Source: Arenicellales bacterium
GTDB lineage: Bacteria; Pseudomonadota; Gammaproteobacteria; Arenicellales; Poriferihabitantaceae
Length of the DNA: 64,000 nt
Assembly: GCA_963457535.1 (NCBI GenBank)
Contig: OY734803.1
Coordinates: 89,122-153,121, forward strand
Direction of reading: 5' to 3'
Under the pieces are notes generated by a model. The model saw nothing but the letters and a program-made list of their open reading frames with translations, was not told where the DNA came from and ran no database searches. Of the stretch, positions 48,966 to 62,713 are shown piece by piece. Made by a program: the position numbers and the translations under genes. Position 1 is the stretch's first letter. Each line of letters opens with the position of its first letter.

Positions 48966-50501
48966 ATGTCCGCGCCCGAATTTGATCTCGCCGTCATCGG
49001 CGGCGGCATCAACGGCTGCGGAATCGCGCGCGACGCGGCCGGGCGCGGACTGAAGGTGTTGCTGTGCGAGGCCGGCGATTTGGGCGGAAGCACCTCGTCG
49101 GCCAGTTCCAAGTTGATTCACGGCGGGCTGCGCTATCTTGAACAGCGCGAATTTCGGCTGGTGCGCGAGGCGTTGCGCGAGCGCGAAGTGTTGATGCGCA
49201 GCGCGCCGCATTTGATTCGCCAGTTGCGTTTTGTGCTGCCGCATTCGGCGAAGGACGCGCCGCGCCCGGCGTGGATGGTGCGCGCCGGGCTGCTGCTGTA
49301 TGACTTGCTCGCCGGGCGCGGGAGTTTCGCGCGCAGCAAGGCGGTCGCGCTGGACGCGCATCACCGCGACGCGCGGTTGCGCGGCGAATTTGCGAAGGGG
49401 TTTGAATACAGCGATTGCGCGGTGGATGACGCGCGGCTGGTGGTGACGGTGGCGAAAGATGCGCGCCGGCGCGGCGCGGAAATTTTGACGCGCGCATCGT
49501 GCGCGGGCGCGCGGCGTGTGAACGGGCATTGGGAGGTGCAACTGCAGTTTGCATCGGGCGGGTCGGAGACGCGCACCGCGAAAGCGCTGGTCAATGCGGC
49601 CGGTCCCTGGGTGGAAAAGGTCGCGGAATCGCTGCCCTCCTCCGCGCGGAATTCGCATTCGGTCAAACTCGTGCAGGGCAGCCATATAGTCGTAAAGAAA
49701 TGGTTCGCCGGCGCGCACGCATACATACTGCAGCACGCCGACCGCCGCGTGATATTCGTGCTGCCGTTTGCGCATGGACTGGCAATCATCGGCACCACTG
49801 AGCGCGAACATCATGGCGATCCGCGCACGGCGCGCATCACGCCGGATGAATCCGCGTATTTGCGCGCGGCGGTAGCGCGATATTTCCACATCTCGCTCGC
49901 GCCCGAGGATGTGGTGTCATCTTTTTGGGGCGTGCGTCCGCTGGTTGACGACGGCGCCGAAAGTTTGCGCGAAGTAACGCGCGACTATGTGATTCGTTTG
50001 GACGCGCCTGCTGGCGAAGCGCCGCTGTTGAATATTTACGGCGGCAAACTGACCACCTTTCGGAAACTTGCCGAATCCGCGCTGGCGCGTTTGTCCGCGC
50101 ATTTTCCGGGTATGGGCGCGGCCTGGACCGCCGATGCTTTTTTGCCGGGAGCCTCTGAAAAAAACGCACTGAAAGATACAGCCGCCTTGCTGGAATCGCG
50201 CCATGCATATCTGCCGGCGGAAACGCGCGCGCGCTATTTGGCCGCGTATGGCGAAGACGCGGCCGACATGTTGCGCGGTGCGCGCGCGCGCAAGGATTTG
50301 GGCGCGCACTTCGGGCACGGCTTGTATGAAATTGAAGTTGACTATTTGCGCGAGCGCGAATGGGCGACTTGCGCCGAGGACATTTTGTGGCGGCGCGGCA
50401 AACTCGGCTTGGTGTTCACGCCCGAACAAACCGCCGCATTGGAGCGGCATCTGGAAGCGCGCGCGCAAGTTAGCGGCGGCGCGCGCATGGCGGCGCATTG
50501 A
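48966..50501 (+). CDS. glpD: Glycerol-3-phosphate dehydrogenase (FAD)
   Basis: IGGGINGCGIARDAAGRG, TSSASSKLIHGGLRYLE, GGKLTTFR. Confidence 0.95.
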   Translation: MSAPEFDLAVIGGGINGCGIARDAAGRGLKVLLCEAGDLGGSTSSASSKLIHGGLRYLEQREFRLVREALREREVLMRSAPHLIRQLRFVLPHSAKDAPRPAWMVRAGLLLYDLLAGRGSFARSKAVALDAHHRDARLRGEFAKGFEYSDCAVDDARLVVTVAKDARRRGAEILTRASCAGARRVNGHWEVQLQFASGGSETRTAKALVNAAGPWVEKVAESLPSSARNSHSVKLVQGSHIVVKKWFAGAHAYILQHADRRVIFVLPFAHGLAIIGTTEREHHGDPRTARITPDESAYLRAAVARYFHISLAPEDVVSSFWGVRPLVDDGAESLREVTRDYVIRLDAPAGEAPLLNIYGGKLTTFRKLAESALARLSAHFPGMGAAWTADAFLPGASEKNALKDTAALLESRHAYLPAETRARYLAAYGEDAADMLRGARARKDLGAHFGHGLYEIEVDYLREREWATCAEDILWRRGKLGLVFTPEQTAALERHLEARAQVSGGARMAAH

Positions 50502-50502
50502 C

Positions 50503-51573
50503 ATGGAAGTCCGGCTGAAAGACCTGCGTAAAGACGAAGGCGGCGAGACTTGGATTCACCGGACTTCGCTGACCTTTCGCTCGGGCGAATTCAACATTCT
50601 GCTGGGCGAGACGCTTTCCGGAAAAACCACGCTGCTGCGCCTGCTGGCCGGCTTGGAGCGGCCGAGCGGCGGCGAAATTTGGTTTGGCGATGACAACGCG
50701 ACCGACTGGCCGGTGCGGCGGCGCAACATCGCGATGGTCTACCAGCAGTTCATCAACTACCCAAATTGGCGCGTGTATGACAACATCGCCTCGCCGTTAA
50801 AAATCGCCGGGCAAAGCCGCGCGGAAATTCAGCGGCGCGTGCGCGAGGTCTGCGAGTTGCTGCAACTGACGCCGTTTTTGCAGCGCCGCCCGAGCGAACT
50901 CTCCGGCGGGCAGCAGCAGCGCATCGCGCTGGCGCGCGCGCTGGTCAAGCGCGCCGGGTTAATTTTGCTGGACGAGCCGCTCGCCAATTTGGATTACAAG
51001 TTGCGCGAGGAATTGCGCGAGGAACTTCCCGGCATGTTCGCCGGGCGCGGCACCACCGTGGTGTATGCGACCACCGAACCGGGCGAGGCGCTGCTGCTCG
51101 GCGGGCGCACCGCGGCGCTGCATCAGGGGCGCGTTTGCCAGTATGGCGAAACTTTTGAGGTGTTCAAAAACCCGGCGAACCGCGCCGCGGCCGCGGCGTT
51201 TTCCGATCCGCCGCTGAACTGCGCCGGCGTGGAAAAACAAGGCGGCGATTTTCTCCTCGCCGACGGTTTGCGCTGGCCGGCGCCGCCGCGGCACCGCGAA
51301 CTGGCCGACGGCAATTACCTGCTCGGCTTTCGCTCGCACCAACTCTCGCTGCGCGAGGCGGACGCGCATATCCGGCTGGACGGGCGCATAGACATCAGCG
51401 AAATCAGCGGCTCGGAAAGCATTCTGCATTTCAGCGCGCACGGCCACCACTGGGTGTGCCAACTGCACGGCGTGCACAAGATTTCGCCGGGCGAGCGCGC
51501 GCAACTCTATCTGGACCCGCAAAAATGTTTTTTGTTTGATTCCGGCGGCGAGCGGGTGGCGGCGAATGGCTGA
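50503..51573 (+). CDS. glpS: Glycerol ABC transporter ATPase
   Basis: GETLSGKT, VYQQFINYP, LSGGQQQR, DEPLANLDYKLRE. Confidence 0.88.
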   Translation: MEVRLKDLRKDEGGETWIHRTSLTFRSGEFNILLGETLSGKTTLLRLLAGLERPSGGEIWFGDDNATDWPVRRRNIAMVYQQFINYPNWRVYDNIASPLKIAGQSRAEIQRRVREVCELLQLTPFLQRRPSELSGGQQQRIALARALVKRAGLILLDEPLANLDYKLREELREELPGMFAGRGTTVVYATTEPGEALLLGGRTAALHQGRVCQYGETFEVFKNPANRAAAAAFSDPPLNCAGVEKQGGDFLLADGLRWPAPPRHRELADGNYLLGFRSHQLSLREADAHIRLDGRIDISEISGSESILHFSAHGHHWVCQLHGVHKISPGERAQLYLDPQKCFLFDSGGERVAANG

Positions 51574-52651
51574 AATCGCGCTTCAAAACATCGCGCACAG
51601 TTATTCGCCCGGCCCGCGCGGCGAGGAAGACTGGGCGCTGAAAAAAATTGACCTGGTGTGGCGCGACGGCGGCTCCTACGCGCTGCTCGGGCCGTCGGGC
51701 TGCGGCAAATCCACGCTGCTGAACATCATTTCGGGCCTGCTGCAGCCGAGCGCGGGGAAGGTGCTGTTTGACGGCGAGGATGTCTCGGCGCTCGGGCCGA
51801 GCGCGCGCAACATCGCGCAGGTGTTTCAGTTTCCGGTGGTGTATGACACGATGACGGTTTTTGACAACCTCGCCTTCCCGCTGCGCAACCGCGGATTGGA
51901 CGAGGCCGAGGTGCGCGCGCGCGCAGGCGAGGTCGCCGAGATGCTGGAACTGGAGCATTCGCTGCGGCGCCGCGCGCGCGCGGTCAGCGCCGACGACAAG
52001 CAAAAAATTTCGCTCGGGCGCGCGCTGGTGCGCCCGGATGTCAATGTGATCATGCTGGACGAGCCGCTCACGGTGATAGACCCGCACCTCAAATGGCAGT
52101 TGCGCTCCAAACTCAAGCAACTGCACCGCCGCTTCGGCTTCACCATGATCTATGTGACCCACGATCAGACCGAGGCGCTGACGCTTGCCGACCAAATCGT
52201 GGTGCTGCATGACGGCCGCGTGGTGCAGTCGGGAACGCCGGAATCGCTGTTTGAGCGGCCGCAGCACACTTTCGTCGGGCATTTCATCGGTTCGCCCGGC
52301 ATGAACCGCTTTCCGGCGCAACTGCGCAACGGCGCGGCGCGCATCGGCGAACTGGAAATCGCGGTGGACGCCGACCTGTCGGCGCCGGACGCGCGCGGCG
52401 AAGGGAAACTGGAAATTGGGGTGCGCCCGGAGCACATTCGCTTTTGCGACGACGGTTTTCCGGTGCGCGTGCACCGCGTTCGCGACGCCGGCCGCTACCA
52501 AATCGCCGAAGCGGAACTGCAGGGCGTGAAATTTAAGATCTATGTGCCCGAAGGCGGCGCCGTGCCCGGCGAAGACGCGCGCGTGCGCTTTGAGCGCGCT
52601 TATACGCATATCTACCGGGACGGCTGGCTGCTGCGGCCGGCGGCGGCATGA
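51566..52651 (+). CDS. Glycerol ABC transporter ATPase (second subunit, Rhizobium GlpT-type)
   Basis: GPSGCGKS, FQFPVVYDTMTV, degenerate signature SADDKQK, DEPLTVIDPHLKW. Confidence 0.88.
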   Translation: MAEIALQNIAHSYSPGPRGEEDWALKKIDLVWRDGGSYALLGPSGCGKSTLLNIISGLLQPSAGKVLFDGEDVSALGPSARNIAQVFQFPVVYDTMTVFDNLAFPLRNRGLDEAEVRARAGEVAEMLELEHSLRRRARAVSADDKQKISLGRALVRPDVNVIMLDEPLTVIDPHLKWQLRSKLKQLHRRFGFTMIYVTHDQTEALTLADQIVVLHDGRVVQSGTPESLFERPQHTFVGHFIGSPGMNRFPAQLRNGAARIGELEIAVDADLSAPDARGEGKLEIGVRPEHIRFCDDGFPVRVHRVRDAGRYQIAEAELQGVKFKIYVPEGGAVPGEDARVRFERAYTHIYRDGWLLRPAAA

Positions 52652-53513
52652 TCCGGCGCAGCGCAAACCAGAAGGCGTGGTGGCTGGTGCTGCCGGTGGT
52701 CGCGCTGGTCGCGTTCAACGCGGTCATTCCGCTGATGACCGTGGTCAATTATTCCTTTCAGGAAACCTTCGGCGAGAATGTGTTTTTCTGGGAGGGCACG
52801 AAGTGGTATTTGCAAATCCTGCAGTCCGATCGTTTTCACGCCTCGCTGCTGCGGCAGTTGATTTTCACCGCGACGGTGCTGGCGATTGAAATCCCGCTGG
52901 GCATTGCAATCGCGCTCAGCATGCCGCGCCGCGGCATCGGCGTGTCGCTGTGCCTGGTGCTGATGGCGCTGCCGCTTTTGATTCCGTGGAATGTGGTCGG
53001 CGCGATGTGGAACATTTTTGCGCTGCCCGAAATCGGCCTGCTCGGGCGCGCCATCAACGCGCTCGGCATTGAATACAACTTCACGCGCCAGCCGGGCGCG
53101 GCGTGGTTCACCGTGATCCTGATGGATGTCTGGCACTGGACCTCGCTGGTGGTGCTGCTGTGCTACGCCGGGCTGTGCGCGATTCCGGACGCCTACATGC
53201 AGGCGGCGAAAATTGACGGCGCCGGCAACTGGCAGGTGTTCCGCCACATTCAACTGCCCAAACTCAAGCGCGTGCTGACCATCGCGGTGCTGCTGCGCTT
53301 TATGGACAGTTTCATGATCTACACCGAGCCCTTCGTGCTGACCGGCGGCGGGCCCGGCAACGCCACCACATTCCTGTCCATTGACCTGGTCAAGATCGCG
53401 CTCGGCCAGTTTGACCTCGGCCCGGCCGCGGCCATGTCGCTGATCTATTTCATCATGATCCTGCTGCTGTGCTGGGTTTTTTACACGCTGATGATGCGCG
53501 GGGAGGAGCGGTG

Positions 53514-53514
<1 letters not shown>
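52648..53514 (+). CDS. Glycerol ABC transporter permease (GlpP-type)
   Basis: PLMTVVNYS.Q, MDVWHWT, AAKIDGA EAA loop. Confidence 0.9.
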
Positions 53515-54320
<806 letters not shown>

Positions 54321-54329
54321 GGGGGCGAA

Positions 54330-54614
54330 ATGTTGGACCTTTCGTGGATGGCGTGGACCTGGCCGACCGCCGCATTTTTTGCCGCGGTCGCGCTGGCGCT
54401 GGTGGCGATGACCATCTGGGAGAAGTTGCGCCCCGGCGGCGGCGCGCGCCGCGGCGTCCTCGGCCTGCACACCACGCGCGGCGACCGCCTGTTCATCTCG
54501 GTGCTGGGCGGCATGATTCTCCACCTCGCTTGGCTCGGCGCGCTCGGCCCGCCGCTGTGGGGCGCGCTCGGCGTCTCGGCGCTGTTCGCGCTGGCGGTGT
54601 TTCGGTGGGTGTAG
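54330..54614 (+). CDS. glpU: DUF2160 small membrane protein (GlpU)
   Basis: WMAWTWPTA.FF, RRGVLG..TTRGDRLFIS. Confidence 0.85.
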   Translation: MLDLSWMAWTWPTAAFFAAVALALVAMTIWEKLRPGGGARRGVLGLHTTRGDRLFISVLGGMILHLAWLGALGPPLWGALGVSALFALAVFRWV

Positions 54615-54630
54615 TTCCCCCTGTTTGCCG

Positions 54631-56145
54631 TCATTTCATCAAATCAAAACACCGCAACTTGACCGCGATGGAGACATGCTCGCCGCCGACCGTGGGCGCA
54701 TGGCCGAGGTCGGCGACGCTGCGCGCGACCTTTAAGATGCGGTGGTAGGCGCGCGCGGACAGGCCGAAGCGGCGCATGGCGGTGTCCAGCAACTGGTTGG
54801 CCGCGGCGTCGGGGGCGCAAATTCGCTCCACTTCCTTTCCCTGCAGCAGACTGTTGGTCTTGCCCTGGCGCTGCAATTGCAGGTCGCGCGCGGCGATGAC
54901 GCGGGCGCGGACGGTTTCGCTGTTCTCTTCGCCGCCCTCCTGTGTGTTTTGCGGGCGGCGAAACAGGCGGTGGTCCATGCGCGGCACTTCTATTTGGATG
55001 TCAATCCGGTCCAGCAGCGGGCCCGACAGGCGTTCGCGGTAGCGCTGCACCTGGTTGCGGGTGCAGCGGCAGCGGTCGGCGCCGTCGTTGAGGTAGCCGC
55101 ACGGGCACGGGTTGCACGCGGCCACCAGCAAAAAGTTGGCGAGGTAGCGCATGCGCTGCGCTACGCGCGAGATGTGAATCACGCCGGATTCCAGCGGCTC
55201 GCGCAACGCCTCCAGCACTTTGCGGTCAAATTCCGGCAACTCGTCCAGAAACAGCACGCCGTTGTGCGCCAGTGAAATTTCGCCGGGGCGCGGAATGCTG
55301 CCGCCGCCGATGAGCGCGGCGCCGGAGGCGTTGTGGTGCGGCGCGCGAAACGGGCGGCGCATCCAGTTTTCCGGGTTGAAGCCGGACTGCCCGAGCGATT
55401 CCATCGCGGCCGATTCCAGCGCCTCGTCTTCGCTCAGGTCGGGCAGGATGCCGGGCAGGCGGTTTGCCAGCATGGTCTTGCCGGTGCCGGGCGGGCCGGT
55501 CATCAGCACGCTGTGGCCGCCGGCCGCGGCGATTTCCAGCGCGCGCTTGGCGAAAGGCTGGCCGACCACGTCGCTCATGTCGGCCGCGGCCGGCGGCGGC
55601 GCGCGCCGCGCCGGGGGCAGCAATGGCAACTCTTCGCTGCGGTTGAGCGCGGCGCAGATTTGCAGCAGCGATTTCGCGCCCTGCACTTCCACGCCCTCCA
55701 CCACCGCGGCCTGCTTCGCGCTTTTCGCCGGCAGGACCAGTTTTTTTCCGGAGCCGCGCAGCGACAGCGCGGCGACCAGCGGGCCGCGAATGTCGCGCAG
55801 CGCGCCGCTCAGCGCGAGTTCGCCGAGGAATACATAGTCGGCGATGTCGTCGGCGCGCACCTGCCCGCTGGCGGCGAGCAAGCCGATGGCGATGGGCAAA
55901 TCAAACCGCCCGCCCTCTTTCGGCAGGTCGGCCGGCGCGAGGTTGACGATGATGCGCTTGCGCGGAAATTCAAAGTTGGAATTGAGAATCGCGCCGCGCA
56001 CGCGGTCGCGGCTTTCTTTGACCGCGGCCTCGGGCAGCCCGACTATGGAGAAGCGCGGCAGGCCCGGCGACAGATGCGTCTCTACTGCGACTTTCGGCGC
56101 ATCCATGCCGGCTTCCGCGCGGCTGTGAACGATTGCAAGTGACAT
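54631..56145 (-). CDS. comM: YifB/ComM Mg-chelatase-like AAA+ ATPase
   Basis: NLAPADLPKEGGRFDLPIA, GPPGTGKT, PGEISLAHNGVLFLDELPEF, NPCPCG. Confidence 0.94.
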   Translation of the reverse strand: MSLAIVHSRAEAGMDAPKVAVETHLSPGLPRFSIVGLPEAAVKESRDRVRGAILNSNFEFPRKRIIVNLAPADLPKEGGRFDLPIAIGLLAASGQVRADDIADYVFLGELALSGALRDIRGPLVAALSLRGSGKKLVLPAKSAKQAAVVEGVEVQGAKSLLQICAALNRSEELPLLPPARRAPPPAAADMSDVVGQPFAKRALEIAAAGGHSVLMTGPPGTGKTMLANRLPGILPDLSEDEALESAAMESLGQSGFNPENWMRRPFRAPHHNASGAALIGGGSIPRPGEISLAHNGVLFLDELPEFDRKVLEALREPLESGVIHISRVAQRMRYLANFLLVAACNPCPCGYLNDGADRCRCTRNQVQRYRERLSGPLLDRIDIQIEVPRMDHRLFRRPQNTQEGGEENSETVRARVIAARDLQLQRQGKTNSLLQGKEVERICAPDAAANQLLDTAMRRFGLSARAYHRILKVARSVADLGHAPTVGGEHVSIAVKLRCFDLMK

Positions 56146-56312
56146 TCCTTTCTCCCTGTTGTGGATCCTGCGGGGGCGGACCGCCGTGGCGGCGCCTGCT
56201 CATACAACGAGTGAAGTATAGCCGGAAATACGCCGATGGGGGCGTTTCGGCGAAAAAAATTAAAAGATTTTTAGGGGGTTTTTGCGGCGTTTTTTGCTGG
56301 GAATTTTTGCGG

Positions 56313-57844
<1,532 letters not shown>

Positions 57845-57845
<1 letters not shown>

Positions 57846-58339
57846 CAGACGCCGCCGTTCACCGAAAAATACGCGGTCCATTCCGGCGGCAGCAGCGCGA
57901 CCAGGCCGCGCGCCGCCGGTTCAAAATAGCCGAGCAGATGCGATTGCTGCCACCACACCTCGGCGGTCAGACCCATCAAACTGGAAACCAGCACGAACAG
58001 GCCGACTATGACCACGCCGCGCGTCAGCCCGAACAGCATGCCGAGCGTGCGGTCTATGCCGCCGACTCCGCCGAACAGCACGAAGCGGCGAATCACATGC
58101 CCGATAAACGAGACGACAATCAGCGTCAGCAAAAAGATGGCGATAAACGCCGCGACCAATCGGAGTGAGCTCTGCGCGATGTAGGGCGCGAAATAGTCGG
58201 CGCCGCCGCGCGCATGCGCGTATGCGGCCCACAGCGACACGGTCCATGATGCGAGCGACAGCACCTCGCTGACGAAGCCGCGAAACAGGCCGATCAGCAG
58301 CGACACCAAAAGAACCGCGATGACTATGAAATCAATCAT
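57845..58339 (-). CDS. cvpA: Colicin V production protein CvpA
   Basis: GLFRGFVSEVLSL, DRTLGMLFGLTRG; upstream of purF. Confidence 0.92.
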
Positions 58340-58416
58340 GCGGGGATTGCGCCGCCGGCGCTGCGCGGGAAAAAATGCGGCGGTGATTCGGGCGGCGGCG
58401 CATGGCGGTGTTGCGT

Positions 58417-58944
58417 TCAGCGCCGCCGCGCTTGGTCGAGCGCCTGCCCTTTTTCGCCGGTCAGCAGGTTTAAGGTTTCGGCGACTTCCCTGGCGGTTTT
58501 TTCATCGGCATACGGGCCGAGCCAAACGCGCGTGGCGTCCTTGCCTTCGCGGGTTTTGATAGGAGTAATGTGCGGGTGAAACCCGTGCTTGGCGAGCGCG
58601 ATGCGCAATGCGCCGGCGTTTTCGCTGTTGCTGAAGACGCCGACGCTGACTTTCCATTCGCCGGTTTCCGAGACCGGCGGCACCGGGATTTGTTCGTCTC
58701 CGGATTCTCCGGGGGGCGGCGCAATCGGGTCAATGATTTGGTCCAGCGCGCGGTCGGAGACGCGGACATTGCCGCCGATTTCAAACGAGACGACCTGCGC
58801 CCCGCCCTCGTGATATTCGCCGGAATTTGGCGCGGGCAGCAACAGCGGGATTCCCAGCGCGGCCGCGCTGACCACGAGGACCGCGCCGGTCAGGCGGTGC
58901 CGCAATTGATAGTGGGGTTGCGCCGCGGCGCTCTTGTCGGTCAC
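58417..58944 (-). CDS. dedD: SPOR-domain cell division protein DedD-like
   Basis: RHRLTGAV TM segment; C-terminal W.V.VG.FS...NA...RVWLGPY SPOR domain; folC-dedD-cvpA synteny. Confidence 0.8.
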   Translation of the reverse strand: MTDKSAAAQPHYQLRHRLTGAVLVVSAAALGIPLLLPAPNSGEYHEGGAQVVSFEIGGNVRVSDRALDQIIDPIAPPPGESGDEQIPVPPVSETGEWKVSVGVFSNSENAGALRIALAKHGFHPHITPIKTREGKDATRVWLGPYADEKTAREVAETLNLLTGEKGQALDQARRR

Positions 58945-60323
58945 GCTGGGTAACTCGGGCTGGCTGGGCTGGTTACGGGTGGGTGCGCTGTCTCCAAGTG
59001 CCCCAGTATAGCACCGACGGTCTGGAAGGAGCCGAATACGATCACGTGCGCCGCGCGGCCCTTTTCCGCTGCCGCCGCCCCCATCGCCGCCAAAAACGCG
59101 GCGAGCGGGGTGTCGTGGAGTTTTGCCACGGCCGCGGATTCCGGCGCGACTTGCCCAAGCGCATCGCGCAGCGCGGATGCGGGTTGTCCGCGCTCGCCGC
59201 CGAGGGTTGCGAAATGCCAGCAATCAACCGCGCCGCAAACCTCGGCGAAGATTTCGGCGAGCGGTTTGTCGGCGAGAATGCCGGCGACTCCGTATGCGCG
59301 CTCCACCGGCGCGCGGCGCGCGAGAAATTCGGCGAGGGTTTTTGCCGAGTCGCGGTTGTGCGCGACATCCACAATGATTTCCGGCGCGCCGGCGATGACT
59401 TGGCAACGCGCGCGCAATGCGGTTTTTGCAAGTCCGGCGCGCATGGTTTTTTTGTTGAGTTGCGTTTTTTCGCGCAACAATGCGAGCGTCGCGATTACAC
59501 CGCCGAGGTTGTCGCGCTGGCGCGCGCCGGGCAATGGCGCGCGCAACCCTTCCATGCGCCGCCAACTCTCCGGCACCGCGGCATGCGCGCTTCGCCAATC
59601 AAAAAAATCGCCGGCATTTTTATGTTCATTTTCGCTTTCACTTTTATGCGGCGCAATTTGGTAATCGCGCCCGCTTTGCAGCAGCATGCAATCGCGTTCG
59701 GCAGCGATGCGCGCGATGCATTGCGGCGGATGCGGATCGGCGCAGACCGCGAGCGCGCCGGGTTTTAGCACGCCGGCTTTTTCCGCGGCGATTTTTTCGC
59801 GATCGTCTCCGAGCCAGCGGGCGTGGTCCATGCCGATGGAGGTGATCAGCGCGAGGTCGTTTTCAATGATGTTGACCGCGTCCAGCCGCCCTCCCATGCC
59901 GGCTTCCAACAGCAACACTTGCGCGCGCGCGTGCGCGAACAGCCACAGCGCGCACAGAGTGCCGAATTCAAAATAAGTCAGTGGCACGCGCCCGCGCGCC
60001 GATTCCACCGCGGAAAACGCGCGGCACAATTCCTCGTCGCCGGCCTCGCAGCCGTTCACGCGAACGCGCTCGTTGTAGCGCACCAAATGCGGCGAGGTGT
60101 AACTGCCGACGCGCAATCCGGCCTCGCGCAACGCCGCTTCCAGCATGGCGACGCACGAGCCCTTGCCGTTGGTGCCGACGATGGTGATGGTCAGCGCATG
60201 CGAATCGGATTCGCAACCAAGTTTTTCCCAGACCTCGGCAACGCGGTCCAGGCGCATGTCAATGCTGCGCCAGTGTTGTTTTTGAATGTGCTCGAGCCAG
60301 TCGGCGAGCGTCGCGTCTTTCAC
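58941..60323 (-). CDS. folC: Dihydrofolate synthase/folylpolyglutamate synthase
   Basis: [37 protein letters not shown]. Confidence 0.95.
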   Translation of the reverse strand: MKDATLADWLEHIQKQHWRSIDMRLDRVAEVWEKLGCESDSHALTITIVGTNGKGSCVAMLEAALREAGLRVGSYTSPHLVRYNERVRVNGCEAGDEELCRAFSAVESARGRVPLTYFEFGTLCALWLFAHARAQVLLLEAGMGGRLDAVNIIENDLALITSIGMDHARWLGDDREKIAAEKAGVLKPGALAVCADPHPPQCIARIAAERDCMLLQSGRDYQIAPHKSESENEHKNAGDFFDWRSAHAAVPESWRRMEGLRAPLPGARQRDNLGGVIATLALLREKTQLNKKTMRAGLAKTALRARCQVIAGAPEIIVDVAHNRDSAKTLAEFLARRAPVERAYGVAGILADKPLAEIFAEVCGAVDCWHFATLGGERGQPASALRDALGQVAPESAAVAKLHDTPLAAFLAAMGAAAAEKGRAAHVIVFGSFQTVGAILGHLETAHPPVTSPASPSYPA

Positions 60324-61222
60324 TCGGCCGGCGGCACATCCGGCGGCGGCGGCGTCACCGCCGGCAGCGGCGCGCCGAAGCCGAGCGCGTCCAGCAATTC
60401 GCCGATGGTGTCGCGCATCGCGCGGCGGTCCACGATCATGTCTATCGCGCCGTGCTCCAGTTGAAACTCGGTGCGCTGAAATCCCTCGGGCAGAGTCTCG
60501 CGCACGGTTTGTTCAATGACGCGCGGCCCGGCGAAACCGACCAGCGCGCCCGGCTCGCCGATGACGATGTCGCCGAGCATCGCCAGACTGGCCGAGACGC
60601 CGCCCATGGTCGGGTCGGTCAGCACCGAGATGTAGGGAATCGCGCGCTCGCGCAGGCGCGTGATCGCGGCCGTGGTCTTGGACATTTGCAGCAGCGAGAA
60701 CAGCGCCTCCTGCATGCGCGCGCCGCCGCTCGCCGCAAAACATACCAGCGGCTGGTTTTGCTCCAATGCGTGGTCGGCCGCGCGCACAAACCGCTCGCCG
60801 ACCACCGAGCCCATGGAGCCGCCCATGAAGCGAAATTCAAACGCGGCCGCGGTAACCGCCGCGCCTTTGAGCGTGCCGTGCGCGGCGAGCAGCGCTTCGC
60901 TCGCCTCGCTGCTCTTGCGCGCTTCGCTCAACCGCTCGCGGTAGCGTTTGCGGTCGCGAAATTTGAGCATGTCCAGCGGGCGCACTTCCTCGCCGAGCCA
61001 GTTGAGTGAATCTTCGTCAAAGAAGGCGCGCAGCCGCGCTTCGGCCGGAATGCGCATGTGATGCGCGCATTTCGGGCAGACCAGCAGGCTGTGCTGCAAT
61101 TCCACGCCGTAGAGCACCGCCTGGCAGGACGCGCATTTGTTCCACAGCCCTTCCGGCACGCCGCTCTTGCCGAGGCGGCCGGTTTTGATTTTCGGCGGGA
61201 GGATTTTTTCAAACCAGTTCAT
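60320..61222 (-). CDS. accD: Acetyl-CoA carboxylase carboxyltransferase beta subunit
   Basis: C4 zinc finger, [31 protein letters not shown]. Confidence 0.97.
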   Translation of the reverse strand: MNWFEKILPPKIKTGRLGKSGVPEGLWNKCASCQAVLYGVELQHSLLVCPKCAHHMRIPAEARLRAFFDEDSLNWLGEEVRPLDMLKFRDRKRYRERLSEARKSSEASEALLAAHGTLKGAAVTAAAFEFRFMGGSMGSVVGERFVRAADHALEQNQPLVCFAASGGARMQEALFSLLQMSKTTAAITRLRERAIPYISVLTDPTMGGVSASLAMLGDIVIGEPGALVGFAGPRVIEQTVRETLPEGFQRTEFQLEHGAIDMIVDRRAMRDTIGELLDALGFGAPLPAVTPPPPDVPPAE

Positions 61223-61881
61223 TGCGGCATCGCGGTTGCGGAAGAAGAGTTTTTCGCGGCGGTTTTTGCATGGAAAACCGCGCCGCAAAACTGGCGGATT
61301 TTTTCCGCGTCTTTGCGTCCGCCGCTTTCCACGCCGCTGCTGACATCCACGCCATACGGGCGCACTTGCGCGAGCGCGCCGCCGATGTTGTCCGGCGACA
61401 AACCGCCGGCCAAAATCAGCGGCAATTTGGCGCCGTAATTGGCGAGTTGCCAGTCAAACGCGGCGCCGCTGCCGCCGGCCAGTTCGGCATGCGCGGTGTC
61501 CAGCAAAATGCCGCGCGCCGAGGCGTAACGCGCTTCGCGCGCCGGCAAATCATCGCCGTCACCGCCGACTCGCAGCGCCTTGACATACGGCAGGCCGAAT
61601 GACGCGCAAAAATCGGGCGGCTCGTCGCCGTGAAACTGCAGGCAGGCCGGGGCGACGCGCGCGATGATTTCGCGCACCAAATCGGCGTCCGGATCGACCA
61701 GCACCGCGACCGCGGCGACAAACGGCGCCGCCGCGCGCGAAATCTCCGCGGCGCGCTGCAGTTCAAGCGCGCGCGAGCTCGGCGGATGGAAGATCAATCC
61801 GATTGCATCGGCGCCGGCCTGCGCCGCGAGGCGCGCGGTTTCCGGGTCGGTGATGCCGCAGATTTTGATTCGCGTTCGCAT
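61219..61881 (-). CDS. trpF: Phosphoribosylanthranilate isomerase
   Basis: [28 protein letters not shown]. Confidence 0.96.
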   Translation of the reverse strand: MRTRIKICGITDPETARLAAQAGADAIGLIFHPPSSRALELQRAAEISRAAAPFVAAVAVLVDPDADLVREIIARVAPACLQFHGDEPPDFCASFGLPYVKALRVGGDGDDLPAREARYASARGILLDTAHAELAGGSGAAFDWQLANYGAKLPLILAGGLSPDNIGGALAQVRPYGVDVSSGVESGGRKDAEKIRQFCGAVFHAKTAAKNSSSATAMPQ

Positions 61882-61921
61882 CAAGAGAGTGTGCTTCCCG
61901 ACATCGGCCGGCGGCGGCATT

Positions 61922-62713
61922 TTACCAAAAGCGGCATGCCGGCGGCGGGGGCGGCAGGCCGAAAGCCGCGTCGTATTCGGCGCGCACGAAATACAAGCCG
62001 TCGGGCGGCGCGGCCGCGGCCGCGCGGCGGCGGTCGCGCGCGGCGAGCAATTCCGCGGCCCATTCCGGCTCGGCGCGCGATTCGCCGATGCGAATCAGCG
62101 TACCGGCGATGTTGCGCACCATGTGCTGCAAAAATCCGTCGGCGCGGATGTCCAGCCAGATCCAGTCGCCGCTGCGCCGCACCTGCAATTCGCGCACTTC
62201 GCGCAACGGGCTGCGCGCCTGGCAGCCGGCCGCGCGAAACGCGCTGAAATCGTGGCGACCGAGCAATGCGTGTGCGGCCTGCTGCATGCGCGATTCGCGC
62301 AGCGGCGCGTGGTGCCAGCCGGCGCGGCCGTGCAAATAGGCAGGGCCTGTGGCGCGGTTCAGCAACACATAGCGGTAGGCGCGCTCGCGCGCGCCGAAGC
62401 GCGCGTGGAATTCGGCATCCACCGGCTGCGCCCACAGCAGCCGAATGTCGTCCGGCAAATGGGTGTTGACGCCTCGCAGCCATGCGCGCGGTTCGCGTTG
62501 CGCGGTGGTGTCAAAGTGAATCACCTGCCCGCAGGCGTGCACGCCGGTGTCGGTGCGTCCGGCCGCGATGACGCGCACCGGCTCGTCGGCGACGCGCGCC
62601 AGCGCGCTTTCCACATGCGCCTGCACAGAATCGGCGTCGGTTTGCAGTTGCCAGCCGCAGTAATTGACGCCGCAATATTCAATGCACGCGGCGATGCGTT
62701 GCTTTTCGCTCAT
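61922..62713 (-). CDS. truA: tRNA pseudouridine(38-40) synthase
   Basis: AGRTDTGVHA, FHARF, HDFSAFR, FLQHMVRNI. Confidence 0.97.
   Translation of the reverse strand: MSEKQRIAACIEYCGVNYCGWQLQTDADSVQAHVESALARVADEPVRVIAAGRTDTGVHACGQVIHFDTTAQREPRAWLRGVNTHLPDDIRLLWAQPVDAEFHARFGARERAYRYVLLNRATGPAYLHGRAGWHHAPLRESRMQQAAHALLGRHDFSAFRAAGCQARSPLREVRELQVRRSGDWIWLDIRADGFLQHMVRNIAGTLIRIGESRAEPEWAAELLAARDRRRAAAAAPPDGLYFVRAEYDAAFGLPPPPPACRFW

Noticed and set aside
47091-49889. 932-aa minus-strand ORF, and similar long antisense ORFs (394-1866, 24158-26092, 32303-34198, 40129-41841)
   Set aside because: Shadow frames of well-supported genes in GC-rich DNA; no recognisable motifs.
60320-61881. trpB/trpA missing between trpF and accD
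   Set aside because: The truA-trpF-accD-folC order without trpBA is known (e.g. Pseudomonas); it is not evidence of loss.
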